From NCBI GenBank assembly GCA_029259745.1, contig JAJDEO010000048.1, forward strand, positions 111,024 to 175,023: 64,000 nucleotides of DNA. Direction: 5' to 3'. The DNA comes from Planctomycetota bacterium. GTDB lineage: Bacteria > Planctomycetota > B15-G4. A program made the translations under genes and the position numbers. The notes under the pieces were generated by a model. That model worked only from the letters and a program-made list of their open reading frames with translations, was not told the DNA's origin and searched no databases. This document shows, in pieces, positions 1-9,154 of the stretch; position 1 is the stretch's first letter; each line of letters begins with the position of its first letter.

Positions 1-18
1 AGTTCCGACGAGCGGCAG

Positions 19-1587
19 GTGCCGCGCGAGGTCGGCATCTCGGTGTCCGGTCTCGCGGGTGTGGCGTTCGCCACCGGCGCGGCCGTGATGGTCGTGGAGT
101 TGATGGCCGTGCGGCTCATGGCGCCGTGGTTCGGTCAGAGTCAGATCGTCTGGACGAACGTCATCGGCGTCGTGCTGCTCGCGCTTGCCGCAGGGCAGTG
201 GGTCGGCGGGCGCTGGGCCGAAGGCTGGGCGGCGAAGAAGGACGGTGCGTCGCCGGGGTGGGCCAGCCCGGCGGTGCTGCTCACCGGCGCGGGGGCCTTC
301 GCGATCGCCCTCCCATCGATCGTGCCGGCGATGGCCGCAGCCGTGCTGCCCGATGACCTGCGACTGACGGAGGCCTTCCCGTTCGTATCGCTCGGGTCGT
401 TGCTCGTTGCGCTCGTCGGGATCGGTGTGCCGCTGTTCGCGCTCGGCGCTGTGACCCCGTGGCTCGTGCGTCTGTCGCGCGGCGTCACGACGGAGCCCGG
501 CCGCGTCACGGGACGCTTGCTGGGTGCCGGGACGCTGGGGAGTTTGCTCGGGACTTTCGGCGCCACGCACATCCTGCTGACGCTCATGGGGGCCGCCGGC
601 GCCATCCGCGCAGCCGGCCTCGTGCTCGTCGTGATCGGCGTGCTCTTGGCGCGCACGCTCGGCAAGCGTCTGCGCGGTGCGTGGGTTCTCGTCGCGGCAG
701 CTCTGGCGACCGCAGCCTTGGCCGACGCGGCGCCGCGCACGAGCGGCGGTCGGATCCTCGAGATCGTCGAGACGCCCTACCAGTTCGCCTACGTCGACGA
801 GGACGAGCACGGCACGCGCGCCCTGCGCATCAACGAGGCGCTCGATTCGTTCCACTCGCTGTACCGCGAGGGCGAGCTGCTCACGGGCATGTACTACGAC
901 GCCTTCCTCGCGCCGACGCTGGCGTCACCGCCGACGCCCAGCGGCACGCAGCGCGTGATGATCGTCGGCCTCGGTGGTGGCACGATGGCGCGCCAGCTAC
1001 TCGAGCTCGATCCGGATCTGCAGGTGGCCGGGATCGAGATCGACGCCGAGCTCGTGCGCCTCGGTCGGCAGTACATGGCGCTGCCCGATGACGTCGATGT
1101 CGCTGCCGGGGTCGACGGCCGCTTCGGGCTCGCGGCATCCGAGGGGCCTTTCTCGGCCGTCCTCATCGATGCCTACGCCCAGCAGATCTACCTCCCGCAC
1201 CACCTCTGTACGGCCGAGTTCTTCGCCCTCGTGCGCTCCAAGCTCGTCGACGGCGGACTCGCGGCGCTCAACCTCGGGGGCCTGACGCGTAGCGACCCGG
1301 TCGTGCGCGCCGTCGCCGGCACGTTCGCAAGCGAGTTCGACCACGTCACGATGGCGCGCATCCCCAACTCGCGAAACCTGATCTGCCTGGGCTGGCGCGG
1401 AAGCGACGCCTCGCGCGGGCGGTGGGGCGACGTGCTTGCCGAGCACGGTCTCGACCAGGACGTCGGGTGGCTGACGGACGCCACGCTGTTCGGCGACGTT
1501 CCCTCGCTCGCCGACGTCGAGATCTTGACGGACGGCTACGCGCCGGTCGAGGCTCTGGCCCACGCGAGCTGGAAGAGCGGGGGATGA
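19..1587 (+). CDS. Fused membrane domain / spermidine-synthase-like SAM-dependent transferase
   Basis: N-terminal multi-TM region (GAAVMVVELMAVRLMAPWFG), then ETPYQ, the SAM-binding IVGLGGG motif, GIEID and LIDAY. Confidence 0.85.
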   Translation: MPREVGISVSGLAGVAFATGAAVMVVELMAVRLMAPWFGQSQIVWTNVIGVVLLALAAGQWVGGRWAEGWAAKKDGASPGWASPAVLLTGAGAFAIALPSIVPAMAAAVLPDDLRLTEAFPFVSLGSLLVALVGIGVPLFALGAVTPWLVRLSRGVTTEPGRVTGRLLGAGTLGSLLGTFGATHILLTLMGAAGAIRAAGLVLVVIGVLLARTLGKRLRGAWVLVAAALATAALADAAPRTSGGRILEIVETPYQFAYVDEDEHGTRALRINEALDSFHSLYREGELLTGMYYDAFLAPTLASPPTPSGTQRVMIVGLGGGTMARQLLELDPDLQVAGIEIDAELVRLGRQYMALPDDVDVAAGVDGRFGLAASEGPFSAVLIDAYAQQIYLPHHLCTAEFFALVRSKLVDGGLAALNLGGLTRSDPVVRAVAGTFASEFDHVTMARIPNSRNLICLGWRGSDASRGRWGDVLAEHGLDQDVGWLTDATLFGDVPSLADVEILTDGYAPVEALAHASWKSGG

Positions 1588-2078
1588 CGAGGCACGCGAA
1601 GGTCATCGCTTGTGTGACGTCGGCGCTGCTCGCGCTCGCGTGCTGGGCACCGGGCGCTGCGGCGAACGAGCGTGTCGCCGAGGCGCTCGAGTCGGCGCGG
1701 ATCGCGACTCGGCGCGGCGACGTGGCCGGCGCCGAGGCGCTGCTCGACGGTATCCGGTTGGCTGATGCCACGCCGCACCAACGGGCGTTCCTCGAGCTCT
1801 ACCGCGGCAACGTCGACTTCATGCTGCATCAGCTCGGCGAGGCGCGCGCGCATTTCGTCGCGGCGCGCGATGTCTTCACGTCCCTCGAGGCCGCCACCCC
1901 CGGCTCCGTGACGCACGCCCTCGATGTCACCGCGAAGAACGTCGAGCTCGCGGACGCGGAGTTGGTGCGCGCCGAGCGGCTCGCCGGTCGGGTCGGCACG
2001 CTGCGCACGTGGATCCTCGGCCTCATGACGGCCGCAGTGCTCGGAGTGGGTGTCCTGGCGCGCCGCGCGCGGCTGTAG
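1584..2078 (+). CDS. Hypothetical exported protein with a helical TPR-like core and C-terminal TM helix
   Basis: ATGA overlap with the upstream stop; signal peptide ending AAA; C-terminal hydrophobic stretch followed by RRAR. Confidence 0.65.
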   Translation: MTRHAKVIACVTSALLALACWAPGAAANERVAEALESARIATRRGDVAGAEALLDGIRLADATPHQRAFLELYRGNVDFMLHQLGEARAHFVAARDVFTSLEAATPGSVTHALDVTAKNVELADAELVRAERLAGRVGTLRTWILGLMTAAVLGVGVLARRARL

Positions 2079-2587
2079 CGCGCTGCCGGTGAAGGGCTCC
2101 GTTGCGCGCGAGTCTTCCGGGCAGTCGAGCACCGTCTGCTCGGGACGCAGGAGCGCGGGGTGATTCCGTCGCGCACGAGTGGCGTGTCGGTCGCGCTGCG
2201 CTCCTGGATCAGGCAACGTCCGCAGGGACCGCAGGTCTCGTGCCGGCCGGCGAAAACTGACGGCACGGTTCGATGCCGCGAGCGGTTGAAGGTGCGCCCG
2301 CGATCTCGAAGGCTCGGTGCCCGGTGGGGAACACCGAGCCGGTCGTCTGTCGTTCGAGACGGATCCACCCGACGCGTCGAGTCGACGGGCGCGGGGCTCG
2401 CGCGCGCCGCTGACCGTCTGCGCCGTCTCGCAGCCGTCCGCCGCCGGCGCTGCCGTGCCCGCCTCCGACACGACGTCCGAGGAGCGCGCGCCGCGAAGCT
2501 GTCAGAACGACCGACACTGCCTGCAATCTTGGCGCATGGCATCCGGAAGCTCGCGGTTCGGACGGGACTCGGGGGCTGCGTCGTGCT

Positions 2588-2603
2588 TGGCACAGTCGTT
2601 GCT
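2588..2603 (+). promoter_or_regulatory. Sigma54 (-24/-12) promoter for the Hsp20 gene
   Basis: TGGCAC-AGTCG-TTGCT matches the TGGCAC-N5-TTGCW consensus exactly, about 95 bp upstream of ATG 2699. Confidence 0.7.
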
Positions 2604-2698
2604 GACTGCTCACTGAACCCGATTCGCCCGCGCCTCGGCGTCGCTGTGTCGGCTCTTCGAGGCCCGTGGGCGTCTCACATCCCCGATGGAGACAAGCC

Positions 2699-3361
2699 AT
2701 GCAGATCACACGTGACCAGGTCCTGTGCGCTCTCCTCGCCGTTCTCACGGTCGGCGTCGGCGTGCAGGCGTACTCGATCATGGAGCTGCGCGAGCAGCTC
2801 GGCCAACTCGATGGTGAGCGCGCGGTGCACACCGCGGACGCGACGACCGCCGCGCCCCTCGACGTCACGCCGACGCGTCCCGCAACGCCGGACACGGATC
2901 CACTCGCCGCCGCGCCGCCGCCCATGCCCGTCGACCCGTACGACGACTTCGCACGCATGGACGCCCACATGGACCGCCTCTTCGATGGCTTCATGCAGCG
3001 CTTCGACACGCGGGGCGCCGGTCCAGCTTTCCTCGACCCGGACACACTCTTCGGTCGCGCGTCGGCCTTCGGGCCGCGCCTCGACTTCCAGGATCGCGGT
3101 GATCACTACGAGGTGCTCGTCGACATTCCCGGGACGAATGAAGCCGAGCTGAAAGTCGAGGCCGATGACGAGCGACTCGTCATCGAGGGCTCACGATCGA
3201 CGGAAACCGAAGCGCAGGAGCCGGGCAGCTTCGTGCGACGCGAACGTCACGTCGGTCACTTCAAGCGCCAGCTCTGGATGCCGTCCGACGCCGACCCGGC
3301 GTTGCTCGACACGGAGTACGACGACGGCGTGCTGCGCATCCGCGTCGGCAAGCGCGGTTGA
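2699..3361 (+). CDS. Hsp20/alpha-crystallin family protein with an N-terminal signal/anchor
   Basis: GGAGA RBS; YEVLVDIPG, RRERHVGHFKRQL and YDDGVLRIRVGK motifs; hydrophobic N-terminus. Confidence 0.88.
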   Translation: MQITRDQVLCALLAVLTVGVGVQAYSIMELREQLGQLDGERAVHTADATTAAPLDVTPTRPATPDTDPLAAAPPPMPVDPYDDFARMDAHMDRLFDGFMQRFDTRGAGPAFLDPDTLFGRASAFGPRLDFQDRGDHYEVLVDIPGTNEAELKVEADDERLVIEGSRSTETEAQEPGSFVRRERHVGHFKRQLWMPSDADPALLDTEYDDGVLRIRVGKRG

Positions 3362-3429
3362 CGCAACGCGCAGCGGCGCACGTCCGTTGCGCGACATCGC
3401 GCGTGCGGAGCGTGCGCCGCGCGCGCCGT

Positions 3430-3906
3430 TCAGTCCGAGCTGATGAAGGCGACACGTCCGGTGGCTTGGTAGACGACCGCGGTCCGACCGTCGCCGAGTC
3501 CGATCACGACGACGGCATCCTCCGAGATGCTCTGACCACAGTCTGTCGACACGCCGTCCTCGGTGATCACGCGGACGAAGCGCTCTTCCGCGACGTGGAC
3601 GTTGTCGCGTTCACTGTTGGTGTAGCGAAAGCCCCACGTCGGACGGCGCTCGTCGGGGATGAGCACGTGCACGCCCAACCCCACGGGAACGACACTGCCG
3701 TGGATGAGCGTGAACTGCAGCCCGAGGTCTTTGCGCATGTCATGCCACGCGCGAAGGAAGTCGGCGTCGTTCTCGAGGCCGACGATGTCCGACAGGCGCG
3801 AGCGCAGCTCGGCCGTCTCAGACGACGCCGCAAGCGCCTCGTCATCCGCTGGAGCGAACGACGTCGTGATGATTGCGAGGGCTGCCGCGAGAATGGCGTG
3901 ACGCAT
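3430..3906 (-). CDS. Hypothetical secreted protein
   Basis: Signal peptide MRHAILAAALAIITTSFA; GGGAGA RBS; globular composition. Confidence 0.6.
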   Translation of the reverse strand: MRHAILAAALAIITTSFAPADDEALAASSETAELRSRLSDIVGLENDADFLRAWHDMRKDLGLQFTLIHGSVVPVGLGVHVLIPDERRPTWGFRYTNSERDNVHVAEERFVRVITEDGVSTDCGQSISEDAVVVIGLGDGRTAVVYQATGRVAFISSD

Positions 3907-3973
3907 GCCGTGGGTCTCCCGATGGGGGTGAGGATGGATGACCGACCTTTCACCCACGACACCGTAGCCCACG

Positions 3974-4011
3974 AAAAAACCCGGGGGTGCCGACGTGTCG
4001 GCACCCCCGGG
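3974..4011 (-). terminator. Rho-independent terminator of the HEAT-repeat gene
   Basis: Perfect inverted repeat CCCGGGGGTGCCGAC/GTCGGCACCCCCGGG followed by a T6 tract on the minus strand. Confidence 0.85.
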
Positions 4012-4065
4012 CTCTTGCTCTGACTCGGTGGCTCGCTCTCGCAGAGAAAGAGAGCCGTCGCGAGA

Positions 4066-6015
4066 TCAGAGGATGTCGAGGATCTCGTCGATCGCCGGGA
4101 TACGAGCGCGATAGTTGTTGTCCTCGGAGATCATCGCGTTGAACGGCAGGTCACTACGCTCCGCGACGATGCCGACGGCAACGGCGGCGAAGGCGCGCGT
4201 GATGTCGTTCTTGCGGCCGTCCTTGGCGATCTCGAGCAGCGAACCGATCGCGCTCTGGTCACCGATCAGGCCCAGCGCCTTGGCGACAGCGGAGCTGACA
4301 CCGAGCGTCGTGGCCGTCTCGAGCGACGAGATGAGCACCTGGATGGCGTCTTCGTCACTCATGAGACCGAGCGAGGTCGCAACCTGCAGACGGAACGTCG
4401 GCGGGATGTTCTTGTTCTGCACGATGCCACGGAGATCGTTGGCTGCATCCGTGTGACCGATCAGACCGAGCGCGATCGCCGCGTAGCCGCGGAAGTCGTT
4501 GTCGTTCGAGTCGAGGAAGTCACGGTGGATGTCCGGCGCCATCTCGCGGCTCTTGAGCAGGCCGAGAGCGACGGCGAAGCCAGCCTTGTAGGACGGGTTC
4601 GACTCGTCCTTGTAAGCCTTCTTGAGGCGGTTGATCGTCTCGATCTCGGCCTCGCTGCCTTCGAACTCTTCGCCACGGGCGTAGAGCGCGCCGGCGAGAC
4701 CGGCCCACGGGGCGTTGGTCTTGCGGCTCGGCTTCGTGATCTCGTTGTGGAGGAACTTGGCGACCTTCTCGTGAGCTTCGGCGTGTGCCGCAGGCTCGGT
4801 GTCACGGCTGGCGATCTTGCCGAGCGAGATGAGCGCGAAGTGACGCGTCTGGGCATCCTTGCCTTCTGCGACGAAGTCGATGAGTGCATCGACGACATCC
4901 ATGTTGCTCATGTTCGAGAGGCGACCCAGGGCGATCGCGCACGACTGACGCACGTAGTTGTCCGTGTCGCGGTCCGTGAACGACTCGAGGATCGGCTCGA
5001 CACCGATGGCCATCGAGCTGTTGCGCATCTTCGCGAGCGACGTCGGGATGTAGCTCTGGATGACGGCGTCGAGACGACGGTCCTGGAGCTTCGTGACGAG
5101 GAACTCATGCGCCTCCGTGACGCCTTCGTTGTCCATCAGACCCAGGGCGACGATCGCGCAGACCTTCGTGTCGCGCTCGGAGTCAGGAAGCTTCTCGATG
5201 ACATCCATCAGCGCCTTGACCGAACGAGCATCGTTGACGAGGCCCAGGCCGAGCGCACCGAAGGCGCGCACGAGCTGCGGAACTTCGCCGCCGCCGATGA
5301 CCTTGCGGCCAGCCTGGCTGTCCGTCATGAGGCCCGTGAGCGTGTCGACGGCATCGGCACTCTCGAGAACGCCGAGCGAGATGGCCGCCGACGTCTGCAC
5401 CGAGAGCTCAGCGTGCTTCATGAGCGGCATGGCGAGGTCGAGGACCTCGGCCTGACCGGCTTCCGGCACGGAGCGAGCAAGCGCGAGGATCGACGAGTCG
5501 ATGATGTCGCGGTTGTCTTCGGTGCGGAGGAGGTTCGAGAGTGCGGGCAGCACCTCGTTCATGATCTGGTCTTCGGTCGGACGACGCGACGACGCGCCAC
5601 CGGACTTACGACCACGACCCGAGAGGGCACCGAGCGAACCTGACGCCGAGTTGTTGTCGACGAGGCGCTCCTTCAGGCCCAGGTAGCGGTCCTTGTTGTT
5701 TTCCCACCAGAACTCCCAAGCCTCGTAGTTGGGGCCGAAGTCCTGCTGCGCGCCACCCGTGGTGGCCTTACGACCGGACTGGCCGCGCACCGCGCGTCCG
5801 CCCGTGCCGCTGCCGGGGAGACCTGCTCCACCGGAGGCCGGAGCGCCGGGGCCGGGCGCAGCCGCGCCGCCGGGGTTCGTCGGGGGGGCCGCGACACCGC
5901 TGTTGCCGGCGCCGCCAGCGCCAGCATCACCGCTGCCCTTGAACTGCCCGCCATGCGAGAAGGCGGGCGACGCGCACAGCGCGACAAGCGCGGCGCTGAG
6001 GAGGATCTTTCGCAT
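4066..6015 (-). CDS. Secreted HEAT-repeat protein
   Basis: Signal peptide, Gly/Pro-rich linker, WEFWWENNK motif, many HEAT-like repeats (SAAISLGVL, CAIALGRL, YAAIALGLIG). Confidence 0.85.
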   Translation of the reverse strand: MRKILLSAALVALCASPAFSHGGQFKGSGDAGAGGAGNSGVAAPPTNPGGAAAPGPGAPASGGAGLPGSGTGGRAVRGQSGRKATTGGAQQDFGPNYEAWEFWWENNKDRYLGLKERLVDNNSASGSLGALSGRGRKSGGASSRRPTEDQIMNEVLPALSNLLRTEDNRDIIDSSILALARSVPEAGQAEVLDLAMPLMKHAELSVQTSAAISLGVLESADAVDTLTGLMTDSQAGRKVIGGGEVPQLVRAFGALGLGLVNDARSVKALMDVIEKLPDSERDTKVCAIVALGLMDNEGVTEAHEFLVTKLQDRRLDAVIQSYIPTSLAKMRNSSMAIGVEPILESFTDRDTDNYVRQSCAIALGRLSNMSNMDVVDALIDFVAEGKDAQTRHFALISLGKIASRDTEPAAHAEAHEKVAKFLHNEITKPSRKTNAPWAGLAGALYARGEEFEGSEAEIETINRLKKAYKDESNPSYKAGFAVALGLLKSREMAPDIHRDFLDSNDNDFRGYAAIALGLIGHTDAANDLRGIVQNKNIPPTFRLQVATSLGLMSDEDAIQVLISSLETATTLGVSSAVAKALGLIGDQSAIGSLLEIAKDGRKNDITRAFAAVAVGIVAERSDLPFNAMISEDNNYRARIPAIDEILDIL

Positions 6016-6348
6016 CGATGAGACCTCGAGCTGAGAGATGCAGAAGGGGTACTCGGGGACTTCGACACCCGACCGCCGCTTCCAGGGATATTGGGTTGTT
6101 TATCTCACCACTTCGGTGAGTGCGCAGCAACGCTACGAAGGGCTCAAACGACGAAAACACTCGGCCTGGACGCACTTTTTGGCCGATTATTCGCCGTTTC
6201 CGCGAGCGCCCAGCGGCCACGAATGGTTGCGGTGGAGATGCTCGCAAATGACGCGAAGCAGAGCCCAGGCGTCTGCGCCCAGGCCCCGCCTCGCTTGTCA
6301 TACCTGCCTCGACTCCGAAAAGGAGCCGAGGCCGTCGCCTCCGACCTG

Positions 6349-6585
6349 TCAGTTCAGACCGACGTTGCGCGGATCGGAGACCTTCTTGACGGACCGTATG
6401 TCTTGGATGTCGAAATCGAACCGCGTTTCGTCGATCGCATTGACCACGGTGCCCGTGCGGCGGATGGGGTTACGAATCACGTTTCCCTCGAGCTGCCGCC
6501 CATCGACGAGCAGGACTTGGACCCACTCGACCTTCTGAGCCGACTCCTCGAAGGCGACGGCTGCTGACTTCTCTTTACGCACCAT
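6349..6585 (-). CDS. Small hypothetical protein, possibly Sm/SH3-like beta barrel
   Basis: Strong RBS GGAGGGAG; VQVLLVDGRQLEGNV pattern; host-like codon usage. Confidence 0.7.
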   Translation of the reverse strand: MVRKEKSAAVAFEESAQKVEWVQVLLVDGRQLEGNVIRNPIRRTGTVVNAIDETRFDFDIQDIRSVKKVSDPRNVGLN

Positions 6586-6805
6586 TTAAGAACTCCCTCC
6601 CGGCATTGCGGGCGCATCGAAGAGGTCGCGGTCCGCCATAGACCACAACATCTTCCTCATGACTGAGGCCCTCAACGCCATATGTCGCGCGTGTACGAAA
6701 ACTTCATCTAGCGTTCTGACGTATTTCTCGAAATTAGTCACGAGAAAAGGGCTGATTCGCCTCGTTTTTTTGATAGAGGCCGCGAATTCGTACACCGAAC
6801 AGGTG

Positions 6806-7273
6806 TTACGCGCCCGCCTCTGGCGCGGGGTCTCGTCGCAAGACGAGATACCAGTGGCCCGACATGACAACCTTGCCGTGCTGGTTGCGCAGCTTGGTTT
6901 CGAAGCGGACGCGGCCGCGGGTGGGGCGCGGGCGCTCATCGAGCTCGTCGACCTCGAGAGTCAGGGTCAGATCGTCATCGGGGAAGACCGGACGGTCGTA
7001 GGAGGCCTCGAGCGATCGGAAGGCGAGCACGGTCGTCTCGAAGGCGCCGGTGTCGTGGGCCAGGCCCGTGGCGATCGCCAGGGACAGGGCGCCATGGGCC
7101 ACGAGCCCACCGAGCGGGGTGGCGGCGGCGTACTCGGCATCCGTGTGGAGGGCGGTGAAGTCGCCCGAGATGCGCGCGAAGGTGGCGATGTCGTCGAGCG
7201 TGACCCGGCGCGGGCCGGCCTCGAAGGTCTGGCCGAGACTCAGGGCATCGTACGTGTAGGAGCGGTCAGACAT
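6806..7273 (-). CDS. MaoC/PaaZ-type hotdog-fold dehydratase
   Basis: FARISGDFTALHTDAEYA and VAHGAL motifs. Confidence 0.9.
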   Translation of the reverse strand: MSDRSYTYDALSLGQTFEAGPRRVTLDDIATFARISGDFTALHTDAEYAAATPLGGLVAHGALSLAIATGLAHDTGAFETTVLAFRSLEASYDRPVFPDDDLTLTLEVDELDERPRPTRGRVRFETKLRNQHGKVVMSGHWYLVLRRDPAPEAGA

Positions 7274-7423
7274 CGCGACCCTCGGTCGGGGGCATCGGCG
7301 GCAGAAGGCGTGGGTTGGGATTTTGCCGATCCATCGGCGTAGAATCCGCCCCCTTCATGAACTCTCCCCTGCGGCGCGCCGATTCGGAGCGCCTGCGTCC
7401 CCCTGTCTAGAAGGTCGACATTC

Positions 7424-8632
7424 GTGAGCGAGCCCATCGGAGTTTGGACGATCGGAGCCCAGGGTGGGATCGGGACGACAATGGTCGTCGGCGCCCGCGC
7501 CATGGCCCAGGGACTCGTCCCGGACACCGGACTCGTGACGAGTCGCGAGGAGTTCGCTCCGCTCGAGCTGGTCGAGGTCGAGGATCTCGTCTTCGGCGGG
7601 CACGAAGTGCGCATGACGAACTACTACGAGTCGGCCAAGCAGATCTACAAGGCCAGTCGCTCGATCGATCTCGAGGTCATCGAGGCCGTGAAGGAAGACC
7701 TGCTCGACATCTCCGAGGCGCTCAAGCCCGGCACCGTCGTCAACGGCGGCGAGGCGATTTTCGACGTTGCGACGAACCCCGTCACGCACATCGACGACGG
7801 CCTGCGTTCGATCGTCCAACGCATCCAGTCCGACATCCGCGCCTTCCGCGCCCGCGAAGCGATCGACACGGTTGTCGTCGTCAACCTCGCCTCGACGGAG
7901 CCCGACCTCGACAGTGTCACCGACATCGAGACCATCGAGGAGTTCGAGGCGCTGCTCGACAGCAACGACAGCTCGAAGATCCGCCCGTCGATGCTCTATG
8001 CCTACGCGGCGTTCCACGAAGGCTGCGGGTACATCAACTTCACGCCGAGCCAGGCCGCGCTGTCGCCGATCATGTGCAAGATCGCCGAGGCGTGCGGTGT
8101 GCCCTACATGGGATCGGACGGGAAAACCGGCGAGACGCTCGTGAAGTCGGCGCTCGCGCCGATGTTCAAGTACCGCAACCTCAAGGTGCTGTCGTGGCAG
8201 GGCTACAACATGCTCGGCGACCGCGACGGCAAGGTGCTGAGTCACCCCGAGAATCTCGCGAGCAAGGTGCGCTCGAAAGACTCAGTGATCCCGAGCATCC
8301 TCGGTTACGACGTCCACACGCACGTCGGCATCGACTACGTCGAGTCGCTCGACGACATGAAGACGGCCTGGGACTTCATCCATTTCGAGGGCTTCCTCGG
8401 TCACAAGATGACGATGTCGTTCACGTGGCAGGGGTGCGACTCGATCCTCGCTGCGCCGCTCGTGCTCGACATGGTGCGACTGACGGAGTTGGCGATGAGG
8501 CGCGGAGAGAAGGGGCCGATGACGCAGCTTGCGCCGTACTTCAAGTCGCCGATCGGTGCGACCGAGCACGACCTGCACAGCCAGTTCCACGGCATGATGG
8601 ACTACTTCAAGAAGGCGGGCGTCGACGGCTGA
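7424..8632 (+). CDS. ino1: myo-Inositol-1-phosphate synthase
   Basis: GSDGKTGETLVKS, YNMLGDRDG, KTAWD and CDSILAAPLVLD motifs. Confidence 0.93.
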   Translation: MSEPIGVWTIGAQGGIGTTMVVGARAMAQGLVPDTGLVTSREEFAPLELVEVEDLVFGGHEVRMTNYYESAKQIYKASRSIDLEVIEAVKEDLLDISEALKPGTVVNGGEAIFDVATNPVTHIDDGLRSIVQRIQSDIRAFRAREAIDTVVVVNLASTEPDLDSVTDIETIEEFEALLDSNDSSKIRPSMLYAYAAFHEGCGYINFTPSQAALSPIMCKIAEACGVPYMGSDGKTGETLVKSALAPMFKYRNLKVLSWQGYNMLGDRDGKVLSHPENLASKVRSKDSVIPSILGYDVHTHVGIDYVESLDDMKTAWDFIHFEGFLGHKMTMSFTWQGCDSILAAPLVLDMVRLTELAMRRGEKGPMTQLAPYFKSPIGATEHDLHSQFHGMMDYFKKAGVDG

Positions 8633-8899
8633 GTCCCACCGACGTTGCCCTGTTTGAAGGCTGTGCGTGGTCGTGTGCCGAGGCGCCGCGTGAGATTCCT
8701 CGCGCGCCATGCCGAAGGCACACCGCGGCAAGCCCGCGCGCGTCGAACTCAGCGCGTTCGCGGGGGCGCCTCGCCGAGCAGATCGAAGGCCTTGTCGAAG
8801 CGAGCGAGATCGCGTTCGTATCCACACTCATGGTCGTCGCCTGAGCGCGGCCGCGGACCCTCTCTGCTTCAAAGGCCTGTTCGTCCGAAGACCCGCGCG

Positions 8900-9154
8900 T
8901 CAGAAGGCCTGCTCGACCAGCTTCGCGAGGCGCCCGAGGTCCTCGTCGCCGATCGTTGCTTCGATCTCGTGATCGTGGAAGCCGAGCGCCTTGAGGTGCT
9001 TGCGCGCAGCATTCCAGGAGCGCTTGCGCTTCGCCTCGCTGTCCTCGAGGTAGAGGTTGGAGACGATCTCACTGAGCTTCTGAATCGCGATGTGGCCGCG
9101 GTTCTCGTAGAAACGCTGGATGATGCCCTTCTGATAGCGCGTGTACTCGGTCAC
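8900..9154 (-). CDS. Small hypothetical protein (84 aa)
   Basis: GTGA overlap with the glycosyltransferase stop; protein-like helical sequence YQKGIIQRFYENR...KLSEIVSNLYL. Confidence 0.75.
   Translation of the reverse strand: MTEYTRYQKGIIQRFYENRGHIAIQKLSEIVSNLYLEDSEAKRKRSWNAARKHLKALGFHDHEIEATIGDEDLGRLAKLVEQAF

Noticed and set aside
2080-2480. Hairpins in the long intergenic region as a riboswitch or ncRNA
   Set aside because: GC-rich stems are present but no recognisable conserved motif; a covariance-model search would be needed.
8640-8890. Protein-like minus-strand stretch DHECGYERDLARFDKAFDLLG
   Set aside because: No start codon after the upstream in-frame stop, very short, and no recognisable family.
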